Below, piece by piece: positions 9,779 through 20,527 of a stretch of DNA of 64,000 bases. A program made the translations under genes and the position numbers. The DNA is taken from contig CAVQKE010000006.1 of assembly GCA_963713045.1 (NCBI GenBank), positions 160,001-224,000 on the forward strand, written 5' to 3'. Each line of letters begins with the position of its first letter. Position 1 is the first letter of the stretch. A model generated the notes under the pieces. That model saw nothing but the letters and a program-made list of their open reading frames with translations. It searched no databases and had not been told where the DNA came from. The stretch comes from an uncultured delta proteobacterium (GTDB lineage: Bacteria > Myxococcota > Myxococcia > Myxococcales > Myxococcaceae).

Positions 9779-10051
9779 GTGACGCTGCTCGCCTGGGCAG
9801 GCGCTTTCTTTGCGCTGCTTGCCGCCGGCCTCTCCTTGCCCATTCTGCGCTTTGCCTTCCAGCGCAGCCTGGGCACCGGGCTGATGGTGCTGCTCATCCC
9901 CTTCTACGTCTTCTGGTTCGCGGTGAAGCACTTCCAGCACCCGCGCAAGGCCGCCCTGGTGTGTGGCTGGCTGGCCTGCCTCGGGCTGGCGGCGGTGCTG
10001 CTGGCCATCCACAGCCAGGCCAGCCTGCTGGCCGCGGACCTCCTCAACTAG
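9779..10051 (+). CDS. Hypothetical membrane protein
   Basis: Three hydrophobic segments (FAFQRSLGTGLMVLLIPFYVFWFAVKHF); start uncertain. Confidence 0.65.
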   Translation: MTLLAWAGAFFALLAAGLSLPILRFAFQRSLGTGLMVLLIPFYVFWFAVKHFQHPRKAALVCGWLACLGLAAVLLAIHSQASLLAADLLN

Positions 10052-10740
10052 ACGCCCCGGGCGTCCGGCGCCCACACCACCTTGTGCTGCTGAAGCTGGA
10101 AGCGGACGTCCAGCCGGTCCGCGACAATCCATTCCGCCAGCGTCTGGGGGGCAAGCCTTCCGTAGACGCAACTGAAGAGGAGAGAGAAGGGCCGCTGCAG
10201 CAGTCGGTGAATTCGCATTTGTTCGCGCGCCCACTGGTAGTCCTCGCGGGTGCCGATGACGAATTTCAACTCATCCCGCGCCGTCATCGACTCCAGCACC
10301 CGAAAGTCATTGCGGTCCGACTCTCCCGAGGAGGGCGTCTTCAAGTCGACGATTTTGTGCACCTCGCTGGGCACCAGCCGCACGTCAATGGCGCCCGACG
10401 TCTCCAGAAGCACCGTCAGCCCGGCCGCCAACAGCCCTTCCAACAGCGGGTAGACGCCCGGCTGCAACAGGGGCTCCCCGCCGGTGACTTCCACCCGCGG
10501 CGCGCCGAGGGCGCGCACCCGCCGCACCACTTCGAAAACCTTCAGCCGCTCGCCGCCGTAAAAGGCAAAGGCGCTATCGCAATAGGTGCAGCGCAGGTGG
10601 CACCCGGTGAGGCGAACGAAGCTGCAGAGGAGCCCCTGGTGGGACGATTCACCCTGCAGCGAGAGGTAAATCTCCTTCACCACCACCGTGTCGGCGGCGG
10701 GCACCCGGCGGGGCTCCAGCTGTGGGCGTGCGGCCAGCAT
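10048..10740 (-). CDS. queE: 7-carboxy-7-deazaguanine synthase (radical SAM)
   Basis: EIYLSLQGES, FVRLTGCHLRCTYCDS (CxxxCxxC), TGGEPLLQ, QLQQHKVVW. Confidence 0.93.
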   Translation of the reverse strand: MLAARPQLEPRRVPAADTVVVKEIYLSLQGESSHQGLLCSFVRLTGCHLRCTYCDSAFAFYGGERLKVFEVVRRVRALGAPRVEVTGGEPLLQPGVYPLLEGLLAAGLTVLLETSGAIDVRLVPSEVHKIVDLKTPSSGESDRNDFRVLESMTARDELKFVIGTREDYQWAREQMRIHRLLQRPFSLLFSCVYGRLAPQTLAEWIVADRLDVRFQLQQHKVVWAPDARGV

Positions 10741-10818
10741 CTGTCGGCCCTTCCTCTACCACCGTGGCTGTCCGCCTTGCCTCCCGGGTGGCCTTTCGGC
10801 TAGCTGCAGAGGGCAAAC

Positions 10819-11610
10819 GTGCTCAGCCCTCAAGCGCCCGCGCTGTGCTTCGTCCAGGGAAAGGCGGGCCGGTTGCGGGTGGAAGTGGCCGGCCAGGGCG
10901 GTCCCCCGGTTGTGCTTCTGCACGGCAGCGGCGGAGACAGAACGCACTGGAAGCACACGCTGCCCCACCTGGCCCAAGGCCAGCGGACGGTGGCCTTCGA
11001 CATGCGGGGCATGGGCGAGTCCGACGCCCCGGCCGATGGTCGCTATGCCCTGGAGGACTTGGTGGAGGACGTGGTGGCCGTTGCCGAGGCCCTCGGCCTT
11101 GGGCCCTTCGTCCTGGTCGGCCACAGCTTCGGCGCGTCGGTGGTGGCCGCCGCCTGCCGCCGCATCCCGGAGCGGCTGTTGGGGGCGCTTTTCCTGGATG
11201 GCACCGGGGACGTGCGCGGCCTGCCGACCGAGCAGCTGCGGGCCTGGCGGGCCAGCCTCGAGCCCGAGCGCTACGCGGCCAGCGTCCAGGACTGGTTTGT
11301 ACAGCTGTTGGCCCCGGCCACGCCGCAGACGCGCGTCCAGGTGTTGGCCACCCTGGGCCGCACCTCGCGGGCGGCCTACGTCGGTGCGACGGAACAACTC
11401 TTCGGCTTCGAGCCGGCGACGGCCATTCGCTGCTTCCTGGGGCCCAAGGCCCTGCTTGCGGTGCGCACCCTGGACAGCCCGCTGTCGCTGCGTCCGGCGG
11501 TGCCGGAGTTGCCCTGCCAGTTTTTTGACGACGTCAGCCACTGGCTTCAATTGGACGCCCCGGAACGTGTCAACGCGTCCCTGGACGGCTTTCTCGCCCG
11601 GCTGGCCTAA
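10819..11610 (+). CDS. Alpha/beta fold hydrolase
   Basis: LLHGSGG, DMRGMGES, nucleophile elbow GHSFG, C-terminal SHW. Confidence 0.9.
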   Translation: MLSPQAPALCFVQGKAGRLRVEVAGQGGPPVVLLHGSGGDRTHWKHTLPHLAQGQRTVAFDMRGMGESDAPADGRYALEDLVEDVVAVAEALGLGPFVLVGHSFGASVVAAACRRIPERLLGALFLDGTGDVRGLPTEQLRAWRASLEPERYAASVQDWFVQLLAPATPQTRVQVLATLGRTSRAAYVGATEQLFGFEPATAIRCFLGPKALLAVRTLDSPLSLRPAVPELPCQFFDDVSHWLQLDAPERVNASLDGFLARLA

Positions 11611-11671
11611 GCCCCCGAGGCCGGCGAAACCCAAGGCCCGCGCGTCGGCGCTGCTGCCCCAGGCCGGTGGC

Positions 11672-12433
11672 CTACTGCTTCAGCTTGTAGCCTCGCGCCA
11701 GAAGCACATACGTCACCAGCGTTGCCACCAGCGCCAGCGCGCCCAGTAAGGCGCCGCCCAGCAGCGGAGGAAAGACGCTCGAGCCCAACATGCCGTAGCG
11801 CAGCCCCTCCACCATGTACACCATGGGGTTGAAGAGGCTCACCGTGTGCCAGGGCTCCGGCAGCTGCTTCACCGAATAAAAGACGCCGCCCAGAAAGGTG
11901 AGGGGCAACATGACGAAGGTGGGGAAGAAGTTAATCTGCTCGAATTTCTCGGCCCACACCGCGGCGATGAGGCCCAGGACGCTGAAGACGTAGGCCGTCC
12001 CCAGGAGAAACAAGAGGGTGGCGGCGGGGTGGACAAGCTGCAGCGGGGTGAAGATGAGCGCCACGCCCCAGGTCAACAGGCCCACCAACAGGCCGCGCAC
12101 CATCGCCCCGCCGACGAAGCCCAAGAGAATCTCCCCGGGCCCGAGCGGGGCGACCAGAAGGTCCACCACGGTGCCTTGAATCTTCATGATGAAGAGCGAG
12201 CTGCTGCTGTTGAGAAAGGCGTTGTTGGCCATCCCGAGGAAGACGAGGCCAGGGACGATGAAGGGCAGGTAGGGGTGGCCGGTCACTTCTTCCACCCGCC
12301 CGCCCAGCGACACGCCGAAGACGACGAAGTACAGCGAGGTGGAGATGAGGGGCGAAAGCACCGTCTGCCCGGGGACGCGCAAGAAGCGGCGAATTTCCTT
12401 GGACAGCAGCGTGCGTAGCCCGAGCGAATTCAT
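11672..12433 (-). CDS. ABC-2 type transporter permease (YadH-like)
   Basis: KEIRRFLRV, YLPFIVPGL, FLGGVFYS, NPMVYMVEGLRYG. Confidence 0.92.
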   Translation of the reverse strand: MNSLGLRTLLSKEIRRFLRVPGQTVLSPLISTSLYFVVFGVSLGGRVEEVTGHPYLPFIVPGLVFLGMANNAFLNSSSSLFIMKIQGTVVDLLVAPLGPGEILLGFVGGAMVRGLLVGLLTWGVALIFTPLQLVHPAATLLFLLGTAYVFSVLGLIAAVWAEKFEQINFFPTFVMLPLTFLGGVFYSVKQLPEPWHTVSLFNPMVYMVEGLRYGMLGSSVFPPLLGGALLGALALVATLVTYVLLARGYKLKQ

Positions 12434-13356
12434 GGCGTCGTTCCACCGCCATGGAGGACTTCAATCAGGACGTCCTCCAGCCGGCTGGCCCGGGTCTCGA
12501 CTTCCCGGACGGGAAACCCGGCGGCGTACAGCGCCCGCAGCACCTCGGCCGCCTGCGCGGACCCCGGACGCTCGGTGTACACCAGGGCCCGGCCGTCCTC
12601 AGACAGGGCGCTGCCGGCGACGATGCCCTCCGGCAACTGGGCCACCGGCCTCTCAAAGGCCACCACCAGCCGCTTCACCCCCATCCGCTGCAAGAGGGCG
12701 CGCTTGTCCTCCACCAGAAGCAGCCGCCCTTCGTTAATGATCCCCACCCGGTCGGCCAACTCCTCGGCCTCCTCCAGGTAGTGGGTGGTCAGCACCACCG
12801 TCGTCCCCTGGCTGCGCAGCTTCCGGACGTAACTCCACAAGTCTCTGCGCAACTCAACGTCCACTCCCGCGGTGGGCTCATCCAAAAAGACAAGCTTTGG
12901 GCGGTGCACCAGCGCCTTGGCGATGAGGAGGCGGCGCTTCATCCCGCCGGAGAGGGCCCGCGTCTGGGCGTTGGCTTTGGCGGTGAGGTCCAGCGCCTCC
13001 AGCACCTCGGCAATGCGGGCCTCATCCGGCTGCTGGCCGTAGTAGCCCAGTTGGATGCGCAGCGACTCGGCCACGGTGAAGAAGGGGTCGAAATTCACCT
13101 CCTGCGGCACCAGGCCCACCTGGAAGCGGGGCCCCAGCGCATCGACGTCCAAGTCCGTCCCGAAGAGACGGATGCGGCCGGACGTCTTCTTCACCAGCCC
13201 GCACGCCGCGCCGATGAGGGTGGTTTTCCCGGCGCCGTTGGGGCCGAGGAGCGCGAAGATTTCCCCCGTCCCAATCTCCAGCGAGACGCCGTCCAACGCC
13301 ACCAGGTCGCGGTAGCGCTTCACCAGCTTCTCCACCTGCAGGACGGGGGCAGCCAC
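12430..13356 (-). CDS. ABC transporter ATP-binding protein (YadG-like)
   Basis: [29 protein letters not shown]. Confidence 0.95.
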   Translation of the reverse strand: MAAPVLQVEKLVKRYRDLVALDGVSLEIGTGEIFALLGPNGAGKTTLIGAACGLVKKTSGRIRLFGTDLDVDALGPRFQVGLVPQEVNFDPFFTVAESLRIQLGYYGQQPDEARIAEVLEALDLTAKANAQTRALSGGMKRRLLIAKALVHRPKLVFLDEPTAGVDVELRRDLWSYVRKLRSQGTTVVLTTHYLEEAEELADRVGIINEGRLLLVEDKRALLQRMGVKRLVVAFERPVAQLPEGIVAGSALSEDGRALVYTERPGSAQAAEVLRALYAAGFPVREVETRASRLEDVLIEVLHGGGTTP

Positions 13357-13448
13357 CGGTGCCGGCCCCTGTAACCCATTCGCCGCAGGCCTGCTGCCTC
13401 AAATGCGGGCGTCCGCCAGCCGGGCGAGGGAACCTTTTTTGGGCGGCC

Positions 13449-15524
13449 TTACAGCTTGAAGGGGTCCGGATTTCGCGCGCGGCCGGCGGGCGGAGGGGCG
13501 TCTTCTGTGACGCCTTTCCGCTGCCGCACCAACGGCACCTCCAGCTGGATGTTGCCTTGGGCCCGGGCGGTGCGCACCGCCGGGAAATAGCCCGGGGCGG
13601 TGAGGCGAAGCACCAGCTGACCGTCCGTTGGGGGAAGCTCTCTCTGCAGCGGCGTGGTCCCCAGCACTTCGCCGGTGTCCAGCCTCTCCACGCGGGCACC
13701 GCGGGGTGTGCTGCGGATGTGCAGCGAGATGCGTGGCTTTGGCGCCGCCAGCGCGACCGGCGGCGGCAGCGCCCTTGGAAACTCGGCCAGCTGGGCCACC
13801 GGCGGCTGGGGCGTCGGCACGGCCGGATGCCGGCGAAGGCCGAGGGCGGCCAAGGCGACCAGGGCGAGGCCGAGCGCGGCGATGGACAGCCAGGTGGAGC
13901 GGCGGAAGGGCCGCGGGGTAGGCGCAAGGAGTGCCGAGGCAAGGGCCGATTCCAGCGCGGCCATGTCCCGGAAGCGGTCCACCGGGTCCTTGGCCAGGCA
14001 GCGCAGCACCACGGCCCGCAGCGCGGCCGGCAGCCGTTCCCCGGCCGGACTGCGCACCGGCAGAGGCGGGGCGGGTTCGGTGAGGACTTGGGCCACCAGC
14101 TGCCCGAAGCTGGTGCCGGAGAAGGGAGGGTGGCCGGCCAACATTTCGTACAGGACGCAGCCCAGCGCGTACTGGTCGGTCCGGGCATCGGCCCCGAGGC
14201 CGTTGGCCTGTTCCGGTGCCATGTAGGCCGGCGTCCCCACAATGGTGCCTTCCACGGTGGAGGTGAGGGGCAAGTCGCCGATGGGCGTCATCAGCTTGGC
14301 CACCCCAAAGTCCAACACCTTGACGAAGTCCCGCTCTGCGCCGCGCCGGACCAGGAAGAGGTTGTCGGGCTTCACGTCCCGGTGGACCACGCCCACCTGG
14401 TGGGCAGCCCCCAGCGCCCGGGCGACCTGACGGGCAATGTCCACCGCCCGCACCACGCTGAGGCGCTCCTCGGCCAGCACTTCGGTGACGCTGCGACCGT
14501 CGAGCATCTCCATGACGCAGTAGACGCGGGTGCGCCCGCTGGGCCCCGGCTCATGGACGAAGTCCTGAATTTCGACGATGTGCTCGTGGTTGATTTGATT
14601 GACCGCGCGCGCCTCGTGGAAGAAGCGTTGGATGAGGTTTTGGTTTTGCGCGTGCTCCGCCCGCAGCACTTTGATGGCCGCTGGCCGGCCCAGCGTGACG
14701 TGTCGGGCGAGGAAGACGCGCCCCATGGAGCCCTCGCCCAGCAGTCGCTCCAGCTGGTACTGGCCGAGGTAGTCGCCCTCCCGCTCTCGGACGGCTTCCT
14801 CGACCAGGAGCAAGGGCGTGGAACCGGTGGGGTGGCCGCGCAACTCCTGCGTCCGGGGTTGCGCCCCGTCGAGGGCGCGCGCCAGGGCGGAGGGGTCCGC
14901 GAAGCGCTCGGTGGGAACCACCTCGAGGCAGCGGCGGACAATCGGCTCGAGCCATCCCCCTGGGCCGCCGCCGAGCGCCTCTCGCATCAGCCGGCCCACC
15001 GCCGCCACGTCCGCCCGCGCGTCGGCCTCAGCGTCGTCGTCGGTCTCCGGTTCGTCGGCCAGCCCCGGGCCCACCAGCTTCGGGGCGTAGCGGGAGAGAC
15101 CGCCCACCAGGAAGACTTGGTCCGCGGGCAGCGCCCGCACCAAAATGCCTGCGCCGCGCAACTCGGTCAGCGCGCTGCACAGCCCCGGGACCAGGAGGGC
15201 CAGCTGGTCCGGGGTGAGCGGCCCGCTGCGTCGCAGGTACGTCGCCAAGTCCTCGCCTTCTAAGTATTCGCTGACCACAAAGGGACGGCCGTCGGGGAGA
15301 CAGCCGGCTTCCAGTTGTCGGGCGAGGTGCGGGTGCTGAATGGCCTGCAGCGCCTGGGCCCGGTCGACGAAGTGTCCGCGCGCGTCCGGGCGCCGCCACA
15401 GCGTCCCGTGGAAGACGCGCACCAGCGCATTGACGCCGCTGTCGACGTTTCGGCCCAGCCAGGCTGCGCTGGCAGCGCTTTCGCCGAGCTTCGTCACCAG
15501 CTGGTAATCGAGCGAGGAAGCCAT
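13449..15524 (-). CDS. Membrane Ser/Thr protein kinase with N-terminal pseudokinase and C-terminal PEGA-like domain
   Basis: Second domain has GEGSMG, AAIK, HRDVKPDN, DFG, GTPAYMAPE; then a TM helix and STPRGA..LGTTP..APGY. Confidence 0.92.
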   Translation of the reverse strand: MASSLDYQLVTKLGESAASAAWLGRNVDSGVNALVRVFHGTLWRRPDARGHFVDRAQALQAIQHPHLARQLEAGCLPDGRPFVVSEYLEGEDLATYLRRSGPLTPDQLALLVPGLCSALTELRGAGILVRALPADQVFLVGGLSRYAPKLVGPGLADEPETDDDAEADARADVAAVGRLMREALGGGPGGWLEPIVRRCLEVVPTERFADPSALARALDGAQPRTQELRGHPTGSTPLLLVEEAVREREGDYLGQYQLERLLGEGSMGRVFLARHVTLGRPAAIKVLRAEHAQNQNLIQRFFHEARAVNQINHEHIVEIQDFVHEPGPSGRTRVYCVMEMLDGRSVTEVLAEERLSVVRAVDIARQVARALGAAHQVGVVHRDVKPDNLFLVRRGAERDFVKVLDFGVAKLMTPIGDLPLTSTVEGTIVGTPAYMAPEQANGLGADARTDQYALGCVLYEMLAGHPPFSGTSFGQLVAQVLTEPAPPLPVRSPAGERLPAALRAVVLRCLAKDPVDRFRDMAALESALASALLAPTPRPFRRSTWLSIAALGLALVALAALGLRRHPAVPTPQPPVAQLAEFPRALPPPVALAAPKPRISLHIRSTPRGARVERLDTGEVLGTTPLQRELPPTDGQLVLRLTAPGYFPAVRTARAQGNIQLEVPLVRQRKGVTEDAPPPAGRARNPDPFKL

Positions 15525-15583
15525 GCCCCTGGGGACCCCCTAGCACTGCGGCAACGAGGTAGAAAGCGGACCCGAGGGACGCC

Positions 15584-17260
15584 ATGGCCGAGAACTTCAT
15601 TTTCACAATGCAGGAACTGCGAAAGGTCCGGGGTGGAAAGGACATCCTCAAGGGCATCTACTTGTCCTTCTTCCCCGGGGCGAAAATTGGGGTCATCGGC
15701 CCCAATGGCGCAGGCAAGTCGACGCTGTTGCGCATCATGGCCGGCGTGGACACCGAGTTTTTCGGCGTGGCCCGCAAGGACCCATCGGCGCGGGTGGGCT
15801 ACTTGCCCCAGGAGCCCCAACTGGATGCGTCGCTGGACGTGTTGGGCAATGTCGAGCTGGGGGTGAAGCCGATTCGCGACGTGTTGCGGCGCTTCGAGGA
15901 GGTGTCCAACGCGTTGGGGGAGCCAGTTGCCGAGGCGCAGATGGAGAAGCTGCTGGCCGAACAGGCTCGGCTGCAGGACGCCATCGACGCGGCCAATGCC
16001 TGGGAACTCGACCGGACGCTGGAAGTTGCGATGGACGCGCTTCGGCTGCCGCCGGGGGATGCCAAGGTGGCGACGCTGTCCGGCGGCGAGAAGCGCCGGG
16101 TGGCCCTGTGCCGGGTCCTCCTGGAGAAGCCGGACTTGCTGCTGCTGGATGAGCCCACCAACCACCTCGATGCCGAAAGCGTGGCTTGGCTGGAGGAGGC
16201 GCTGAAGCAATTCCCCGGCACCGTGGTCAGCATCACCCACGACCGCTACTTCCTCGACAATGTCGCGGAGTGGATTCTGGAACTGGACCGCGGGGAAGGC
16301 GTGCCCTGGAAGGGCAACTACTCCTCCTGGCTGGAGCAGAAGCAAAAGCGACTGGAGATGGAGGAGAAGGCCGAGTCGGGGCGCCAGAAGCAGCTGAAGC
16401 GCGAGCTGGCCTGGGTGCGCAGTAGCCCCAAGGCGCGCCAGGCCAAAAGCAAGGCCCGGCTTCAAGCCTACGAGGAGCTGGCCGCCGCCGCCCCTGACAA
16501 GCGGGAGACGACGGGGGAAATTTGGATACCGCCCGGGCCGCGGTTGGGAGGCCTGGTGGTGGAGTCCCGAGAACTTCGCAAGGGCTACGGGGACCGGCTT
16601 CTTGTGGACGGGTTGAATTTCAAGCTGCCTCCGGGGGGCATCGTCGGCGTCATCGGGCCCAATGGCGCTGGCAAGACGACGCTGTTTCGGATGCTGACCG
16701 GCCAGGAGAAGGCCGACGCTGGCGAGCTGCGTGTCGGGGACACAGTGAAACTGGCCTACGTCGACCAGAGCCGCGATGCCTTGGACGCCGAGAAGACGGC
16801 CTTCCAGGAGGTAAGCGGCGGGCTGGACTTGGTGGACCTCGGCGGCAAGCAGGTGCCGTCGCGGGCCTACCTGGCGGCCTTCAACTTCAAGGGGCCAGAC
16901 CAGCAGAAGCGGGTGAAGGACCTCTCCGGCGGCGAGCGGAACCGGGTGCACCTGGCGAAGATGCTGAAGGGCGGCGGAAACCTGCTGCTCCTCGATGAAC
17001 CCACCAATGACCTCGACGTGGAGACACTGCGTTCACTGGAGGAGGCGCTGCTCGGCTTCGCCGGCTGCGCCGTGGTCATCAGCCACGACCGCTGGTTTCT
17101 GGACCGGGTGGCCACCCACATTCTGGCCTTCGAGGGAGACAGCCGCGCCGTCTTCTTCGAAGGCAACTACCAGGACTATGAGGCGGACAAGAAGAAGCGG
17201 CTGGGAGCCGAGGCACTGCAGCCCAAGCGCATCCGCTACAAGCCCCTCCATCGGGCGTAA
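15584..17260 (+). CDS. ettA: Energy-dependent translational throttle protein (ABC-F)
   Basis: [20 protein letters not shown], two ABC domains, [16 protein letters not shown] linker. Confidence 0.96.
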   Translation: MAENFIFTMQELRKVRGGKDILKGIYLSFFPGAKIGVIGPNGAGKSTLLRIMAGVDTEFFGVARKDPSARVGYLPQEPQLDASLDVLGNVELGVKPIRDVLRRFEEVSNALGEPVAEAQMEKLLAEQARLQDAIDAANAWELDRTLEVAMDALRLPPGDAKVATLSGGEKRRVALCRVLLEKPDLLLLDEPTNHLDAESVAWLEEALKQFPGTVVSITHDRYFLDNVAEWILELDRGEGVPWKGNYSSWLEQKQKRLEMEEKAESGRQKQLKRELAWVRSSPKARQAKSKARLQAYEELAAAAPDKRETTGEIWIPPGPRLGGLVVESRELRKGYGDRLLVDGLNFKLPPGGIVGVIGPNGAGKTTLFRMLTGQEKADAGELRVGDTVKLAYVDQSRDALDAEKTAFQEVSGGLDLVDLGGKQVPSRAYLAAFNFKGPDQQKRVKDLSGGERNRVHLAKMLKGGGNLLLLDEPTNDLDVETLRSLEEALLGFAGCAVVISHDRWFLDRVATHILAFEGDSRAVFFEGNYQDYEADKKKRLGAEALQPKRIRYKPLHRA

Positions 17261-17315
17261 GCCAACGGGGGTCCCCGTCGAGGGCGACGTCCAGGGCCGC
17301 CGTCCTGGGGTGGGG

Positions 17316-17570
17316 CTACTTCGTCGCCTTGGCCGGCTTCACCTCAATCTTCGTCGCGGTCATCTTGTAGTGCACCGTCACCTTGTCCCCGACTTTGACG
17401 GCGGTGGTGTCCCCGCCGCGGGCAATCTCGAATTTCTCCTTGCCCTTCATGACGGTGATGGTGTCGGCATCCGTCGCGCTGACGCTGCCCGTCACCTGGT
17501 AGGCGTCCGGGGAGGCGGCGAAGGCGGGGGCGGCGAAGAGCGCAGCGGCGAGGGCAAGGCACTTCAGCAT
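17316..17570 (-). CDS. Small secreted OB-fold-like protein
   Basis: AGGAGG RBS; signal peptide; YQVTGSV..ITVMKGKEKFEIAR..VKVGDKVTVHYKMTA. Confidence 0.8.
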   Translation of the reverse strand: MLKCLALAAALFAAPAFAASPDAYQVTGSVSATDADTITVMKGKEKFEIARGGDTTAVKVGDKVTVHYKMTATKIEVKPAKATK

Positions 17571-17811
17571 GGGGGTGTCCTCCTGCGGGGGGATGGCGAG
17601 GCGGGACGCTCCTGGGTCGGACCGCTGGTTGTCAAGCACGGGTTTCCCCCTGCGGCCCCTTTGGGCCCGAGGCCGAGGTCCGGTTGCGGGCGCCCGTCAC
17701 GTCCCCCGGGGGCTCCCCCGGGGGGCCCGGGCACCCACTCGCCAAGTGCGGATGGCGGATCCGTCCTGTAAGCTGCGCCTCCCAATTGAAGCGCGGAGGG
17801 CTGCGGAGACG

Positions 17812-19527
17812 GTGAGCGACGCGCGCGCGGAGGCGCTTCTTAAAAGCGCTCTGGAGAAAATCGTCTACTTCGAGGCCCGCTCAGGGCAGCTAGAAGCAGA
17901 CGCTTCCGCGGCGCTCGCCGAGGTGGACCGGCTGAAAGCGGAGCTGGCTGCGGCCGGGGCGCTGGAAGTGGAGTTGCGAGGCCAGCTGGCAGAACGCGAC
18001 GTGACATTGGCCCGAGTACACCGCGACCGCGATGAATTGGGGCGGGTGGTGGAGACGCTTCGGGCCGAGCGCACCGCGCTGTTGGACAAGCTGTTGGACG
18101 CGGCTTCCATCCGCGGGGTCCTCTCCGACGAGGACGGCTCCTTTGACTTGGCGGCCTTCATTTCCCAGCTGCGCAGCGAGGTGCTGACGGCCAAAAGCCC
18201 CCCTGAAGGAGTCGGGCAGCGGCCGGCCGCCTCGGAGGGCCTGCCGCGCGAGCCCATCCACCAGGAGGCGGCCGATGACGCGGTGGCCTTTCAGGCGGAG
18301 GTGGCGCGGCAGATGGCCCAAGGCGTCTGGGGCGAAGCCTCCGAGGCACCGCCCGTGCCCCCTCCACCGCCCGCCGCCCGGCCGGCGCTGGGGGCCGTGG
18401 GCCGCCGCGAGGAGAGGCCGGCGCGGGCCGTGCTTCAGCTGGACGCGGAGGGGGCGGACTGGGCGCCCGCGGCTTCCGCCCGCAGGGTGGCCCCCGCCGC
18501 AGCCGCTTCCCCCACCACCACGCTGGCCGAGCGGCTGTGGACGGAAGGGCGGCTCGGCCGCCGGCGGGCGACCCCGGACTGGGCGCGCCCCGCCGCGGAC
18601 GACACCCTGTATGGCTTCTCGGTGCGGGAACTGTCTGCGCCGGAAGCGGCGGCGCGCGTGCGAGCCGCCGAGCGGCTGGGGGCCCTCGGGGAGAGGCGGG
18701 CGGCGCCCGCCTTGGCGACGGCCCTGCACGCCGAGCGGGAGCCGCGGGCGGTGGTGGCTTTCCTCGAGGCGCTGCGGCGGTTGGCTGGTAAGGAGGGGGC
18801 GGCCGTGGTGGAGCCCTTCGCCGACGCCCCGTCCCCCGAGGTGCGCATTGCCGCCCTCCGGGCGCTGGTGACCCTGGACGCCCAGCGGGCCGTGCCCCAG
18901 CTGCAGCGTGCCGCCCGGGACGCGGACGCCAGCGTCCGGCGACGCGCGACCTTGCTTCGCTTGCAGCTGCCAGCTGCCTGCGCGGCCGCCCTGGAATGCC
19001 CGCCGACGGCCGAAGCGGACCCAGAAGTCCGCCGCGTCTCGGCGCTGGCCGCCGGAGCCACCGGCGGCCGCGAGGCCCGCGCCACTCTCCTCGCCGCTCT
19101 GGATGACTCCGCCTTGGAGGTGCGCCAGGCCGCCGCCCGCAGCCTGAGTCGGCTTCTTGGCGTGGGGGTGGAGGACGTGGCCGCTTTGGAGGGCCCTCCC
19201 AGGCGGCGGGAAATTCGCCGACTGACGGCCCTGCCAGCTGCCCCGGTGTCCGCTGGAGGCCACCCCCCAGCGCAGCCGACTCTGGTGCCTGTCGCCCAGA
19301 CGCCTGGCCGCACCGAAGTGGCGGTGGTGGAGGCCATGGGGCCGCTGGCCGCAGAGTCGGTGGGCGAGCGGCTGCTCGTGGAATTGCAGTCGGCCATGCG
19401 CGGGTGCACCCTCGCAGAGTTGGTCCGGCTGTTGGGCGCACCTCCCGAGGCCATTGAGAGCGCCTGCGCGCTTCTCACTGCCCGGGGACAGGTGGTACGG
19501 CGTGGCTTGAAACTCTTCGTCGCTTGA
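17812..19527 (+). CDS. pomY: PomY-like cell-division positioning protein
   Basis: N-terminal coiled coil (SALEKIVYFEARS), Pro/Ala-rich linker, HEAT repeats, C-terminal wHTH-like end; directly upstream of pomZ and pomX. Confidence 0.82.
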   Translation: MSDARAEALLKSALEKIVYFEARSGQLEADASAALAEVDRLKAELAAAGALEVELRGQLAERDVTLARVHRDRDELGRVVETLRAERTALLDKLLDAASIRGVLSDEDGSFDLAAFISQLRSEVLTAKSPPEGVGQRPAASEGLPREPIHQEAADDAVAFQAEVARQMAQGVWGEASEAPPVPPPPPAARPALGAVGRREERPARAVLQLDAEGADWAPAASARRVAPAAAASPTTTLAERLWTEGRLGRRRATPDWARPAADDTLYGFSVRELSAPEAAARVRAAERLGALGERRAAPALATALHAEREPRAVVAFLEALRRLAGKEGAAVVEPFADAPSPEVRIAALRALVTLDAQRAVPQLQRAARDADASVRRRATLLRLQLPAACAAALECPPTAEADPEVRRVSALAAGATGGREARATLLAALDDSALEVRQAAARSLSRLLGVGVEDVAALEGPPRRREIRRLTALPAAPVSAGGHPPAQPTLVPVAQTPGRTEVAVVEAMGPLAAESVGERLLVELQSAMRGCTLAELVRLLGAPPEAIESACALLTARGQVVRRGLKLFVA

Positions 19528-19551
19528 GAAGCGGGGATACCCGAAAAACCC

Positions 19552-20517
19552 ATGGACGCACCCAGCTACAGCGCGAAAGAGGCCGCCAACGTCCTCGGGC
19601 TCCCACTGCGGACCATGCAGTCGGCACTCAAGCTCGAGAAGTACTCGGGCGTGGACTTGTGGTCAATCCGCCACACGCTGCAACACTTTCCCCGACCCTT
19701 GGGCCACCGGCGTCAGCTGTTTCTCAACTTCAAAGGCGGCACCGGGAAGACGGCCCTGTCCACTTCCTATGCCTGGCGGATGGCGGAGCTCGGCTACCAC
19801 GTGCTGCTGGTGGACTTGGACAGCCAGGGCCACGCCACCAAGTGCCTCGGCTTCGAAGGCGAGGACTTCGAGAAGACGCTGCTCAACGTGCTGGTGCGCA
19901 AGGCCCCGTTGGACGAAGTCATCCAGCATTCGCCGATGCCCAACTTGGACTTCGTCCCGAGCAACCTCACGATGAGTACCGTCGACTTGGCGCTGATGCC
20001 GATGTCGGCGCGGGAATTCAAACTGAAGAATGCCCTGAAGGACGTGAGCCAGCGCTACGACGTCATCGTGTTTGACGCGCCGCCGTCCTTCGGACTGCTC
20101 AACCTCAACGCGCTGATGGCTGCCGACGACCTCTTCGTCCCGGTGCTGGCGGACTTCCTCTCCTTCCATGGGCTGAAGCTCCTCTTCGAGACGGTGCAAA
20201 GCCTGGAGGAGGACTTGGCCCACGTGCTGGACCACGTCTTCATCATCGTCAACGCCTTCAACCACAGCTTCAAGCTGGCCAAAGAGGCCCTCGAGGCCCT
20301 GAAGACGCACTACCCGGAATACATGCTGACCGCCATGGTGCGGCAGTGCACCAAGTTTGCCCAGGCCTCCTCGGAGGGCGTTCCGGTCTTCATCGCCGAC
20401 CGAGACTCCAAGGGGGCCACGGACATCGACGGGATGGTGACGGAGGTGCTGGCGCGCATTGAAGCAGCCCACGGCCAAGGGACGTCGGGCGGCCGGGATG
20501 AAAAGAAAGCCGGGTGA
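19552..20517 (+). CDS. pomZ: ParA/MinD-family ATPase PomZ
   Basis: Deviant Walker A NFKGGTGKT, DLDSQGH, FDAPPS; recalled similarity to M. xanthus PomZ (LGHRRQLFLNFKGGTGKT); flanked by pomY and pomX. Confidence 0.9.
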   Translation: MDAPSYSAKEAANVLGLPLRTMQSALKLEKYSGVDLWSIRHTLQHFPRPLGHRRQLFLNFKGGTGKTALSTSYAWRMAELGYHVLLVDLDSQGHATKCLGFEGEDFEKTLLNVLVRKAPLDEVIQHSPMPNLDFVPSNLTMSTVDLALMPMSAREFKLKNALKDVSQRYDVIVFDAPPSFGLLNLNALMAADDLFVPVLADFLSFHGLKLLFETVQSLEEDLAHVLDHVFIIVNAFNHSFKLAKEALEALKTHYPEYMLTAMVRQCTKFAQASSEGVPVFIADRDSKGATDIDGMVTEVLARIEAAHGQGTSGGRDEKKAG

Positions 20518-20527
20518 GGTGCACGGC

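Noticed and set aside
19552..20517. PomZ as the ParA partner of the island ParB
   Set aside because: It is embedded in the chromosomal pomYZX cluster about 35 kb away and has its own activators.
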